The position numbers and the translations under genes were made by a program. Shown here piece after piece: positions 41,450 to 50,875 of a stretch of 64,000 nt of DNA. The notes below the pieces were generated by a model. It saw only the letters and a list, made by a program, of their open reading frames with translations, was not told the origin of the DNA and searched no databases. Positions within the stretch are counted from its first letter, which is position 1; each line of letters starts with the position of its first letter. The stretch spans positions 186,001 through 250,000 of IMG/VR virus record IMGVR_UViG_3300042455_001086, one strand, 5' to 3'.

Positions 41450-43066
41450 ATGGATTTACTTAAATTTTTTATAGAAAATAATAATAGTGGTGCAAAAACT
41501 AAAGAATCTTTTTTAAAAAAAAATTATCCAGAGTTATATTTTGAAATAATTAACTACAATAACAACGATTTAATTGATTTACCCTTTAAACAAAAAATAT
41601 GGCACTACATCAATAAAATCCAAAATATACCAAAATGTCAGAATTGTGGTAATAATTTGAAATTTAAAAAATCATTAACTGAAGGTTATGGTTTATATTG
41701 TTCCGTTTTATGTGCCAACAAATGTGGAATAAGAAAAACAAAAATCAAAGAAACAAATATTGTTAAATACGGTGGAAACGCACCAATTTGTTCTGATGAT
41801 GTTAAAAATAAAATAAAAGAAAGTTTTATTAGATCATTTGGTGTTGATAATGTTTTTAAAGATAAAGAATATATAAAATCAAAAACAATAGAAAAACACA
41901 ATGTTGATCATATATCAAAACTTGATTCAACCAAAGAAAAAATAAAAAACACAAACCAAACTAAATACGGTGTTTCAACTCCTTTAGTTTTACCAGAAAT
42001 TAGACAAGTTGGGTTTGATAAAAAAACTGAATGGTTTTATTCTAAATATGAAAATTTAAATGTTATTGGTTATACCGGAAAAACAATTGAAATAAAATGT
42101 GATAAATGTAATCAACCTTATTTAATTGAGAGGTCTTTGCTGTCTTATAGATTTGAAAATGACATAAACCCTTGTATTTTGTGTAATCCAATAAATGATT
42201 TAAAATCATTTAAAGAAAAACAAATCTGTGAATTTTTAGATGAACATAATATTAAATATGTTGAAAATGACCGCAATATTCTTAAAGGTCAAGAATTAGA
42301 TATTTTTATACCAGAACATAATATTGCCATTGAATTTGACGGTTTGTTTTGGCATTCAGATAAATTTAAAGACAAACAATATCATAGTTTAAAAACAAAT
42401 GAATGTAAAAAACTAGGTATTAGAGTGGTTCATATTTTTGAAGATGAATGGGATAATAAAAAAGAAATTGTAAAAAGTAGAATTAAAACATTATTAGGTC
42501 TTACTAGTGTTCGTGTTTTTGCTAGAAATTGTGAAGTAAAATATGTCGACACACAAACAAAAACAAAATTCTTGGAAGAAAACCATATCCAGGGCTCAGT
42601 TGGTAGTAAATTTAATTTAGGTTTATATTACAATTCAAATTTAATATCTATAATGACATTTGGTAAAAAAAGATTAAATCTTGGATATAAAAAAACAGAA
42701 AACAATGAATATGAATTACTTCGTTTTTGTAATAAACTAAACCACATTGTTGTTGGGGGTGCGTCTAAGCTACTTAAAAGGTTTATCGTTGATCAATCAC
42801 CAAAAGAAATTATAAGTTATGCTGATAAGAGGTGGAGTAATGGTAATTTATATGAGAAGTTGAACTTTTCTTTTGTAAAAGAAACAACACCGAATTATTA
42901 CTATGTCGTTAATAAAAAAAGAGAATCAAGATTCAAATACAGAAAAGATGTTTTGGTTGATTTGGGATATGATTCAAATAAAAGTGAATTTGAGATAATG
43001 GAAGAAAGAGGTATTCCAAAAATTTATGATTGTGGAAATCTATTATACAAAAAATCCCTAAAGTAA
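41450..43066 (+). CDS. Hef-like endonuclease with Mom-like GNAT domain (copy 2)
   Basis: Same architecture as copy 1: ELDIFIPEHNIAIEFDGLFWHS...HIFEDEW; VFARNC...FLEENHIQG...ELLRFC...GGASKLL...ISYAD...IYDCG. Confidence 0.75.
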   Translation: MDLLKFFIENNNSGAKTKESFLKKNYPELYFEIINYNNNDLIDLPFKQKIWHYINKIQNIPKCQNCGNNLKFKKSLTEGYGLYCSVLCANKCGIRKTKIKETNIVKYGGNAPICSDDVKNKIKESFIRSFGVDNVFKDKEYIKSKTIEKHNVDHISKLDSTKEKIKNTNQTKYGVSTPLVLPEIRQVGFDKKTEWFYSKYENLNVIGYTGKTIEIKCDKCNQPYLIERSLLSYRFENDINPCILCNPINDLKSFKEKQICEFLDEHNIKYVENDRNILKGQELDIFIPEHNIAIEFDGLFWHSDKFKDKQYHSLKTNECKKLGIRVVHIFEDEWDNKKEIVKSRIKTLLGLTSVRVFARNCEVKYVDTQTKTKFLEENHIQGSVGSKFNLGLYYNSNLISIMTFGKKRLNLGYKKTENNEYELLRFCNKLNHIVVGGASKLLKRFIVDQSPKEIISYADKRWSNGNLYEKLNFSFVKETTPNYYYVVNKKRESRFKYRKDVLVDLGYDSNKSEFEIMEERGIPKIYDCGNLLYKKSLK

Positions 43067-43080
43067 AATTTAGGGATTTT
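43051..43080. terminator. Bidirectional terminator between convergent genes
   Basis: 12-bp inverted repeat AAAATCCCTAAA/TTTAGGGATTTT. Confidence 0.65.
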
Positions 43081-43146
43081 AAAAATTTTTCTATTTACTT
43101 TGGATTATTTTTGAGTATTCATATATTATATATAACTTAATATATT

Positions 43147-43980
43147 TTAATATTTAGTTTTCTTTCCTCCTGCTGTTAAATAAGTTTGTAATATATTATC
43201 TTTCTTTTTATCAAAATGACTTTTCATCTTTTCTACATTTCTTACATCATCATCTGAAAAACCAATAAATGGTGTAAAATAATTTGAAATTTTATTTTTC
43301 ATAAATGCTTTTTTCTGTAATCTATGTGATAATAGTTTTACATATCTAACGAACTCTTCCATAGCATCAATTTTTCCTTGCTCCGGATTCGTTGCCGAAC
43401 CTTCACCAAATGATACCGGGTGGAATCTACACATATCTAAATATATATCTACAAGTTCATCATCCGTTAAATCTTCTTCATCTGCAAGGTCTCTATATTT
43501 TTTAAGATTTTTAACTAATTCAGATTTACTTAAACCGTGTTTATTTGAATTAATTAATCTATGAACCGCTTCCTTTAAAATTGAAGGTGTATGCCCTCTA
43601 GCTGTGACGATTGCAAAGATTGAACCATTATTTATTGCTTCCACAAAATCAGACCACGCTGGTCCTGTTGGAGCTTTCATTGCATCAGTTAAGAACTTAT
43701 TATCTCCAGTCACTCTAAAGTCTCTAAATGGATCTTCATCAAAACCAACAATTGTATTTCCTTTATAGTTAAAGGGTTCTTTTCCGATTTCAGTTCTATA
43801 CTCAGCAAAATCTTCTGTCGACATACCAACTGGTTTTCCATTATCATCCTTCAGATAAATTTTTGTCGGCATAAACATCAAATTATCATCCCAATCAAAA
43901 GCATAATATTTCATTGTTGGTGATGAGGTTTCATCAATTATTTCATTGATTAATTTTTTTATGTATTTTTTCTGATTCAT
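43147..43980 (-). CDS. HAD-superfamily phosphatase-like protein
   Basis: Motif I AFDWDDN, motif II IVTARGH, Lys in GKIDA, motif IV GFSDDD. Confidence 0.7.
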   Translation of the reverse strand: MNQKKYIKKLINEIIDETSSPTMKYYAFDWDDNLMFMPTKIYLKDDNGKPVGMSTEDFAEYRTEIGKEPFNYKGNTIVGFDEDPFRDFRVTGDNKFLTDAMKAPTGPAWSDFVEAINNGSIFAIVTARGHTPSILKEAVHRLINSNKHGLSKSELVKNLKKYRDLADEEDLTDDELVDIYLDMCRFHPVSFGEGSATNPEQGKIDAMEEFVRYVKLLSHRLQKKAFMKNKISNYFTPFIGFSDDDVRNVEKMKSHFDKKKDNILQTYLTAGGKKTKY

Positions 43981-44005
43981 AACAATAAATATTGATTATA
44001 ATAAA

Positions 44006-44030
44006 AAAAGGGAGAACTTGTCTCCCTTTT
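44006..44030 (-). terminator. Rho-independent terminator
   Basis: AAAAGGGAGA-ACTTG-TCTCCCTTTT just after the endonuclease copy 3 stop. Confidence 0.7.
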
Positions 44031-44033
44031 CCT

Positions 44034-45557
44034 TTAATTTATTTTCAATTCAAATTTTAACGAACCACAATCCCATATCCTATCATATTTTTTTAATTTC
44101 ATAATTTCCCATTCTGTTAATTCTTTATTGTAACCTTCTTTGACTAAAACATCTTTCCTAAACGAAAATCTATGTGATCTATTTAAATATCTTTCTGTGT
44201 TTATATACCAATAATTTGGTGGTGTTTGTTTTACGAAATTAAAACCATTTTTAAAATACACAGTTTTTGTTTGATCTAAACCAGACCATCGAATATCAGC
44301 AAATGTTTCTATTTTAGATGGATTATATTTTTTAATGAAGTTCTTTAATAGTTTAGAAAATCCACCAATAATTGTTAAATTAATTTTATTACAAAATCTA
44401 ACTAACTCATATTCTGAATTATCCCTATTATCATTACCTAATGATTTTCTTTTTTTTCCAAATGTCATAACAGAAACTAATTCATCATTATAAAATAGAC
44501 CAAATCTAACCTTATCTATCGAATTTCCTTGTAAATGGTTATTTGTTAAAAACAATGAGGATTCTTTTTTTGGAATTTCTTTTATTTCACATTTTCTGGC
44601 GAAAATTTTATTACTCAATTCTAATTTATTTTTTAATTTTGACAACACAATATCTTTCTTTAATAAGATTTCATCTTCATAAAATTGAATGAGGGTGATT
44701 CCTTTATCATAACAAAGTTTTGTTTTATCAATATGATAATTTTTTGTTTTTTCACCACTTATTTCAGAATGGTAATAATTACCATTAACCTCAATTCCAA
44801 TATTATAATCCGGTAAATAAATATCTATTTCTCTACCATTTAGTATTTTTCTATCACCATCAATATGTTTAACACCTATACTATTTAGATAATCTTTAAT
44901 TATTTGTTCCAGTTTTGAATTTTTAATAATTGGGTAACACTTACGACATATCGGAATTTTACCAGAACCTAAAATTGTGCTACTAAAGATATTGTCACAT
45001 TTACAACATTTAAACATATAAGGTTGTGATGTTTTACCACTTTTATTAGCCACATATGTATCTAATATCTCAAGATTATTTTCATTTAATTTTGGTAGTA
45101 AATTTAATAAATGTTTATCTCTCAATGTTGATTTTAATTTGTCGACAAATTCCGGAACTAACATTGGGGATTTAACTCCGTATTTTTTCATAAAAATACT
45201 CTCATACGACTCTTTGAATTCTTTTGTTTTAAACAAACTATCAACCCCATATTTTTGACGGAGTGTGTTCTTCGATTTGCCTAACCGATATTCAATATGT
45301 TTAGGATTTGAGTTCCATAATATTCTACATTCTTCCGAACATATTTTTTTCTGATGTTTCTTCCTTTCTTCAAATTCTTTACCACATTGAACGCAAGTTC
45401 TTATTTCTCTAACATTAGAGTCTTTCGTCTTACCAAGTAATTTATTCTTTCTAGCGTAGTTAAAATAACAACTTCTATCACAAAATTTCTTATCTCTGTG
45501 TTTAAAATCAGTAATAAATGATTTATTACAAGATAAACATTCTAATTCAACTTTCAT
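44034..45557 (-). CDS. Hef-like endonuclease with Mom-like GNAT domain (copy 3)
   Basis: Two CxxC...FC/ICxxxC Zn modules, KYGV repeats, EIDIYLPDYNIGIEVNGNYYHS...QFYEDE, IFARKC...NHLQG...ELVRFC...IWDCG; likely start MKVELEC at 45557. Confidence 0.75.
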   Translation of the reverse strand: MKVELECLSCNKSFITDFKHRDKKFCDRSCYFNYARKNKLLGKTKDSNVREIRTCVQCGKEFEERKKHQKKICSEECRILWNSNPKHIEYRLGKSKNTLRQKYGVDSLFKTKEFKESYESIFMKKYGVKSPMLVPEFVDKLKSTLRDKHLLNLLPKLNENNLEILDTYVANKSGKTSQPYMFKCCKCDNIFSSTILGSGKIPICRKCYPIIKNSKLEQIIKDYLNSIGVKHIDGDRKILNGREIDIYLPDYNIGIEVNGNYYHSEISGEKTKNYHIDKTKLCYDKGITLIQFYEDEILLKKDIVLSKLKNKLELSNKIFARKCEIKEIPKKESSLFLTNNHLQGNSIDKVRFGLFYNDELVSVMTFGKKRKSLGNDNRDNSEYELVRFCNKINLTIIGGFSKLLKNFIKKYNPSKIETFADIRWSGLDQTKTVYFKNGFNFVKQTPPNYWYINTERYLNRSHRFSFRKDVLVKEGYNKELTEWEIMKLKKYDRIWDCGSLKFELKIN

Positions 45558-45626
45558 CGGTAAAATATATTTAATAGTTATGAGTATGTCTCTACAAATA
45601 AATATACGAAGATAATATAAAAAAAC

Positions 45627-45657
45627 AAAATCCCCCAAAAAAAATTTGAGGGATTTT
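45627..45657 (-). terminator. Terminator downstream of the sheath gene
   Basis: AAAATCCCTCAAA...TTTGGGGGATTTT stem on the minus strand followed by a T-rich run. Confidence 0.6.
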
Positions 45658-45680
45658 ACTTTTAATCTATTTTGTTTTCA

Positions 45681-48600
45681 CTAAATATTATCAAAAGATG
45701 CACCAGTTGGTGTAATATAGAAGGTAATATCTATAAATTCTAACGAACGAGTTGGTTTAATATAGATTTTACCAGTCAATTGATTTCTATCTAAATCAGC
45801 AGTATCACTTGACACCTCAACTCGGAAATCATATAGACCTCTATCTCTTCTAATAGCATCCAAGATTGGATTAACCGCATTCAAGAAATCTTGTCTTACT
45901 TGTTCATCATTTTGGTCAAACAACAATCTTACAGAAACCGCTGAAATTAACTTACGAGCTTGTAATAACAATCTTCTCACATTAATTCTATCAAGTGCGG
46001 ATTCTCTAACTTGAAGGGTTTTGTTACCCCAGATTACAGTTCCAACATCAGCAAATGTTGCAATTGGGTTGATTCTACCAACATAAAGAACATCTCTATC
46101 TTCTTGAGTTAATTTCTTACGAGCTTTAACCGCATTTACAATACCACGAGTATAACCAGCTGCCGCAAACCAAGGGAATGCAATATTATCTGTAAGTGCC
46201 AAGTTTCTTGTAACCTCAGCCGTTGCTGGGATGTAAATTTGTGTATTATTTACAGTATCTCTTGTTAATACCCAAGGATAATATGTTGCAGTATAGTTAG
46301 AATCAATTCCAGTTTCTTCCAAATTATCAACAGCTTCTTGTGGATAAATTAAATTATCACCTTCAGTTGTTGATGCTACAAACATATTATAGTCTGGTGT
46401 TGTTGTAATGTATAATGAATCCGCTCTATCATTCTCAATCATATCAATAGTAGCTTCAACTAAATCACTATTATTTACATAATCAATCCCTGGTGATACA
46501 AATACATTAATATTAACAGCTTCAGGATTAGCAAATGTTCTAATACCAAGTAAATACGCGTAGTAATCGGTGTTTGCATAATCCATAGTCTGGTCACCAA
46601 CGGCAATTTGTTTAAATGCACCCCATCCTTTAGCAGTTGGGTATCTGTCTGACACACAAGCACCATTTAAGAATCCTTGACGACCTAATACAAATCTATC
46701 ACCATTTGTTCTATATTCTCTATAAATATCCCAACCATCAAATCCACCATTAACAAATAAAGTGAATTTTCTTGAGAATAATCTGTAATATGGACTATCT
46801 GGACTTGTAGGTTCAGAAGAGAATGCGGCCGCACCTACATAATATTTAGGAGTTCCACTTGTTGCAAATGCACTTGAAATTGTAATTCCACTTGCAAATT
46901 GATCCATATGGAAACCTTTCGTTTTGTATGACCATTCACCACCTTCCAAATCACAAGTTGAGATAGGTGCTCTTTTTCCTTTATATTCAAAGAAACTTGT
47001 GTCAAAACCAATATTACTTGACATACCAAGGTAAGTTTTTCTAATATTGTCACCAGAAGTTCTAATTGCATCATCAGCACCTGAAGCCAAACCAAATGGT
47101 GGGTTATATATTACTTCACCTGGGAAATCATATTTGGTCTTATAAACTGGGAATGGAGATTTAACACCAACATATTCTCTAAATACATAACCGTCAAATC
47201 CACAAGGAAGTGCATCAACTGGCGCATCTTCGTTCATTTCAACCATAATGTATTTAGAATTCATTTCAAATTCACCGTCTAATGTTCCGATTTTTTTAGC
47301 AATAAAGTTATTTTGTGATGGATCCATAGAACAGTTTGTAAATTTCTCAATAACAACCGGATTTGAATCAACATCAAAATAATCCCTAACTAATACATCA
47401 AATGTTCTATTAGCAAATGAGATATTGATAATTGAGATTTTAACCTCACTATTTGCGGAATTACCATCAGAAATAGTGTAGAACTTGAATAAGTTAAATG
47501 TTTTCGTACCTCTCAATTCTGATACAACCCAAGGAGATGATGGCGATTGGAATTTTTCTAAATACCAACCGATTGTATTTGGATCTTCACTTTGAGCCGA
47601 ATCAAGGGCTGTAAGTTCAGCACTTAAACCTCTGATATAACCTTTTCTCCAACCATAATTTAATAACGCTTGGAATCTTTCTTCCAAGAATAATGGAGTT
47701 GATGTTCTTGGTTTCCCAAAGTTAGTTCCACCAAATACTTTTGCGATATATTGTGAATCTGATTGACTAAACGATGTTTCAAAAATAAAGTTAGTTCCAG
47801 AATCGTTTGTTACATTTACAGCAAATGGTAAATATGGGTTTTTAAGAACTCCAGAATATTGACCTGACATATTAAGAGTAACATTTGAAATATCAGAAAC
47901 TTCAAATACTGGATTATTTTCATCTGAATATGTTGCAATACCTCTTGATCTTAATGTTGCAACAACCAAATCGTCATAATCTGTATATGTCACACCAGAA
48001 TAATAATATAGTGTTCCTACTAACATACCTTCAAAACATCTAACATTTACTGGTATTGGAGTTGGTGCCGGTGTAGTAGTTGGAGTTGGTGTAATACAAG
48101 GATTTGTAGGTGTTGGTGTAGGTGTTGCACTCGGAGTAGGTGTAGGTGTCGGTACAATTGGGAAAACTTCAGTTAAACCAGACACAAATGTGTAGAATGA
48201 AAACCCTGAATATAATCCATTATTTGTATTATTAAATAAAGCATAATACCAAGCATCATTAAATGGTGATGTATAATCCGTTAAATCACTTGATGGTGAT
48301 GGAACATTAAATACATTTGTTTCAGCTGAATAACCAAGACTAACTAAACTATCATAGTCATCACCCCAAATTGAACCATAGTAGTTAATATTTCTAGTTT
48401 GAGCTGTAAGTGGATCTCCATTATCTGTAATAATATTAAAGATTTGATCTCTAATGTTAGTATCAAGTGTTGAAATTGAACCATCAAAGTTTTCGTATTG
48501 TTGTAATAAGAATTCATTGGTTAATGGACTAGGTAATGAGTCATATATGATACTATCTTCAGAATTAGTGCAAGCTGTAAATGGAACCATAAATGTAATT

Positions 48601-49034
48601 GCACTTGGTATAACACAAATAGTATCACACACATTATTCGGATCTGTTATTGCACTAAGACATAAGAAATCAACTGTTTTAGGATCAACATTTGCTTTGG
48701 TTACGATAGACCAAGATGGACCAGCGTCATAACCGGATAAACCCAATATTCTTGTAACAAATAATTGGTTTGATTGTTGTAAATATGCTTTTGCGATATA
48801 AGACGCTTCATATTTAGGAATTTGTGTATTCACAAATTTTTCTGGTGAAGTTCCACCAAAGTAGGTTTGGAATTCATCATAGTTTCTAATAAAAATTGGT
48901 TCAAAAGCAGGACCCTTTAAAGTCTCTCCTGCAATACCCAAAGTTGTAACACCAACACTTTGTGCAACAAAGCTTAGATCAACTTCTGAAGTATAAACCC
49001 CTGGTGAAACAAATATTTTACTGTTAGTTGCCAT
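45681..49034 (-). CDS. Contractile tail sheath protein (T4 gp18-like, 1117 aa)
   Basis: FVSPGVYTSEVDLS, GETLKGPAFEP, YYPWV, PWFAAAGYTRG, INPI, WGNKTL, RINVRRL, IKPTRSLEFIDITF. Confidence 0.95.
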   Translation of the reverse strand: MATNSKIFVSPGVYTSEVDLSFVAQSVGVTTLGIAGETLKGPAFEPIFIRNYDEFQTYFGGTSPEKFVNTQIPKYEASYIAKAYLQQSNQLFVTRILGLSGYDAGPSWSIVTKANVDPKTVDFLCLSAITDPNNVCDTICVIPSAITFMVPFTACTNSEDSIIYDSLPSPLTNEFLLQQYENFDGSISTLDTNIRDQIFNIITDNGDPLTAQTRNINYYGSIWGDDYDSLVSLGYSAETNVFNVPSPSSDLTDYTSPFNDAWYYALFNNTNNGLYSGFSFYTFVSGLTEVFPIVPTPTPTPSATPTPTPTNPCITPTPTTTPAPTPIPVNVRCFEGMLVGTLYYYSGVTYTDYDDLVVATLRSRGIATYSDENNPVFEVSDISNVTLNMSGQYSGVLKNPYLPFAVNVTNDSGTNFIFETSFSQSDSQYIAKVFGGTNFGKPRTSTPLFLEERFQALLNYGWRKGYIRGLSAELTALDSAQSEDPNTIGWYLEKFQSPSSPWVVSELRGTKTFNLFKFYTISDGNSANSEVKISIINISFANRTFDVLVRDYFDVDSNPVVIEKFTNCSMDPSQNNFIAKKIGTLDGEFEMNSKYIMVEMNEDAPVDALPCGFDGYVFREYVGVKSPFPVYKTKYDFPGEVIYNPPFGLASGADDAIRTSGDNIRKTYLGMSSNIGFDTSFFEYKGKRAPISTCDLEGGEWSYKTKGFHMDQFASGITISSAFATSGTPKYYVGAAAFSSEPTSPDSPYYRLFSRKFTLFVNGGFDGWDIYREYRTNGDRFVLGRQGFLNGACVSDRYPTAKGWGAFKQIAVGDQTMDYANTDYYAYLLGIRTFANPEAVNINVFVSPGIDYVNNSDLVEATIDMIENDRADSLYITTTPDYNMFVASTTEGDNLIYPQEAVDNLEETGIDSNYTATYYPWVLTRDTVNNTQIYIPATAEVTRNLALTDNIAFPWFAAAGYTRGIVNAVKARKKLTQEDRDVLYVGRINPIATFADVGTVIWGNKTLQVRESALDRINVRRLLLQARKLISAVSVRLLFDQNDEQVRQDFLNAVNPILDAIRRDRGLYDFRVEVSSDTADLDRNQLTGKIYIKPTRSLEFIDITFYITPTGASFDNI
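48050..48163 (-). repeat. Pro-Thr repeat insertion in the sheath
   Basis: PIVPTPTPTPSATPTPTPTNPCITPTPTTTPAPTPIPV. Confidence 0.85.
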
Positions 49035-49154
49035 AGATTTTAAATTTTATGTTTTAATTTATTTTACTATAAATATTGTGTTTTTTAGCAAAAACTTTAC
49101 TTACATAAAACTATTTATATTTTGGTGAGAATTTTTTCTACCTTTTTTCTACCT

Positions 49155-49319
49155 ATGGAACAAAACAATAAAAAAATTAAAAATTTAAAGATTGATAAGG
49201 ATGTTCATAACATCTTAAAAAAGTATTGTGATAAAAGAGGTTTAAAAATGTATAAATTTCTTGAGGGACTCATCATTGAAAAGTGTAAAGAAAAAAGAGA
49301 TATATATGGTGAAGATTAA
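49155..49319 (+). CDS. Small ribbon-helix-helix-type DNA-binding protein
   Basis: IKNLKIDKDVHNILKKYCDKRGLKMYKFLEGLI fits a beta-alpha-alpha pattern; ATG at 49155. Confidence 0.6.
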   Translation: MEQNNKKIKNLKIDKDVHNILKKYCDKRGLKMYKFLEGLIIEKCKEKRDIYGED

Positions 49320-50356
49320 ATTAATTCTTGTGTAAAAACAATTTCAGCATCTTTTGAGTTGTCATACTTTGTTATAACAATTCTTAATGTATCTCCGGTG
49401 TTAATTTGTATTTCACTCAGGCTATTACCATAATAATCATCATTTATAAAAGCTTGATATTCATCAACATTATTGTTTGCTGATAATTTAAGATTTACGG
49501 TATATTCAAAGGTATTAACTGACACCAAATTTCCTATTTTATATTTTGGATTATAGGTTGAAACAATTTGAGGTTGTTCTTTTTTTTGTTTTTTTCTTTT
49601 TACTCCGGTTTCAGTCTCATACATTTGAAAAGTTCTTGTAATTGCCGGTCTAATTTCAAATTCATCTTCATCCATTAAAAATCCTTGTAATGTGAATTCA
49701 TATTTTTGAAGATACACTTTTCTTTTTTCCAAATCCATAACCGATTCATCTTGGATATTACCCATAATAATTGGAATATAATGCCCTTTGATTACCTGGT
49801 ATGCTTGTTTTGAGGCAAACTTTGTAAGAACAATTTGGTTAAATTTATTTAACTCTCTCATTCTATTACACACAATAATTACAGTATATTTAATATCAAC
49901 TGGTATTGGTTGTGGTATTTTATAAATGTCAAAACCATTTCTTTGTCCATCCCAGGTTGGAACCTTGGCATAATAATATTGTCTTCTTTCCGGAATATTG
50001 AGTGTCATTAAAGAGGGGTTGTTTCCGTATGTTACTTCTGGCGACCTAACAACGGCAATAAATGGGGGTTCAACATTTTTATCAATGTTTTGGAAGTCCC
50101 AAGTTTCAGTAAATTGAGCCCAGTTTTGTGTTGTAATTAAAATATCAATCATAGGAACGGTATTACCCTCGACAACACATTTCAGTTCATCACGAACAAA
50201 ATCCAAAAACCCTCTATCCAAATCTGGATGTAATAACGATTTTGGTAGATATGTCCCATCTTGAGAAATCATATCAGCAATCTCGTGTCTTCTTGGGAGA
50301 AGAGTTTTCTTATCTATAAGGTCAATATTTTTTTTAATTTTTTTTGGTAGTCCCAT
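49316..50356 (-). CDS. Tail terminator / tail completion-like protein (gp15-like)
   Basis: LDRGFLDFV, PPFIAVVRS, PQPIPVDIKYTVII, YEFTLQG; lies between the neck and sheath genes; start MGLPKK at 50356. Confidence 0.55.
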   Translation of the reverse strand: MGLPKKIKKNIDLIDKKTLLPRRHEIADMISQDGTYLPKSLLHPDLDRGFLDFVRDELKCVVEGNTVPMIDILITTQNWAQFTETWDFQNIDKNVEPPFIAVVRSPEVTYGNNPSLMTLNIPERRQYYYAKVPTWDGQRNGFDIYKIPQPIPVDIKYTVIIVCNRMRELNKFNQIVLTKFASKQAYQVIKGHYIPIIMGNIQDESVMDLEKRKVYLQKYEFTLQGFLMDEDEFEIRPAITRTFQMYETETGVKRKKQKKEQPQIVSTYNPKYKIGNLVSVNTFEYTVNLKLSANNNVDEYQAFINDDYYGNSLSEIQINTGDTLRIVITKYDNSKDAEIVFTQELI

Positions 50357-50357
50357 A

Positions 50358-50875
50358 TTATAATCCTCTAAATTCGTTAGGTCCAACTGGTGCGGCAATA
50401 ATAGTTCTATAAAATGGACGGTAACCTTTATATGTGTGTTTTATATCAGATGTAACACGACCATCATTCACAACCGTGTAGTATCGAACAAAACTTTCTG
50501 TATCATAATACCCAATATAATCTCCAAAATCGATATCAACATCTAAATCTTCGAGAGTTTTTAAATAAACAGACATTGTAATATTTCCAGGTTCAAGTTG
50601 GTCCATTTTGGTTGATCCCATAAATTTATTTTCAGGTGTCGCAATTCCAACATAAGCGTTAAATTCAACTGGAGGTAAAAATTTAATACCATCTGAAACT
50701 GTTTCACCATAAACATCATCGGTTTTGGTTTTGTTTTTATCGACACGATATAAAACACAGGTATAGTTCATATCACCGATTAACCATTCCATCCCAAGGC
50801 CCACCTCTAAAAAAAAAAATCTTCTTCTCCGAAGAACTTACCAAGCCTTGTTATGGGCACTCTATTATTTGACAT
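50358..50875 (-). CDS. Head closure/neck protein (gp14-like), frame broken by a T11 run
   Basis: ATG 50875 gives MSNNRVPITRLGKFFGEEDFFF*. The downstream frame LEVGLGMEWL...VLYRVD...DDVYGE...FLPPVE joins it only with T9 or T12. Confidence 0.6.

Noticed and set aside
11584-49034. Bacterial contractile injection system or tailocin rather than phage
   Set aside because: The tail genes are interleaved with neck genes and a T4-like replisome, and no host housekeeping genes are present.
19016-50398. Longer N-termini given by the ORF track for the exonuclease (19111), UvsX (22165), endonuclease copy 3 (45638) and tail terminator (50398)
   Set aside because: The extensions overlap upstream genes or terminators; downstream ATGs fit the domain starts and coupling better.
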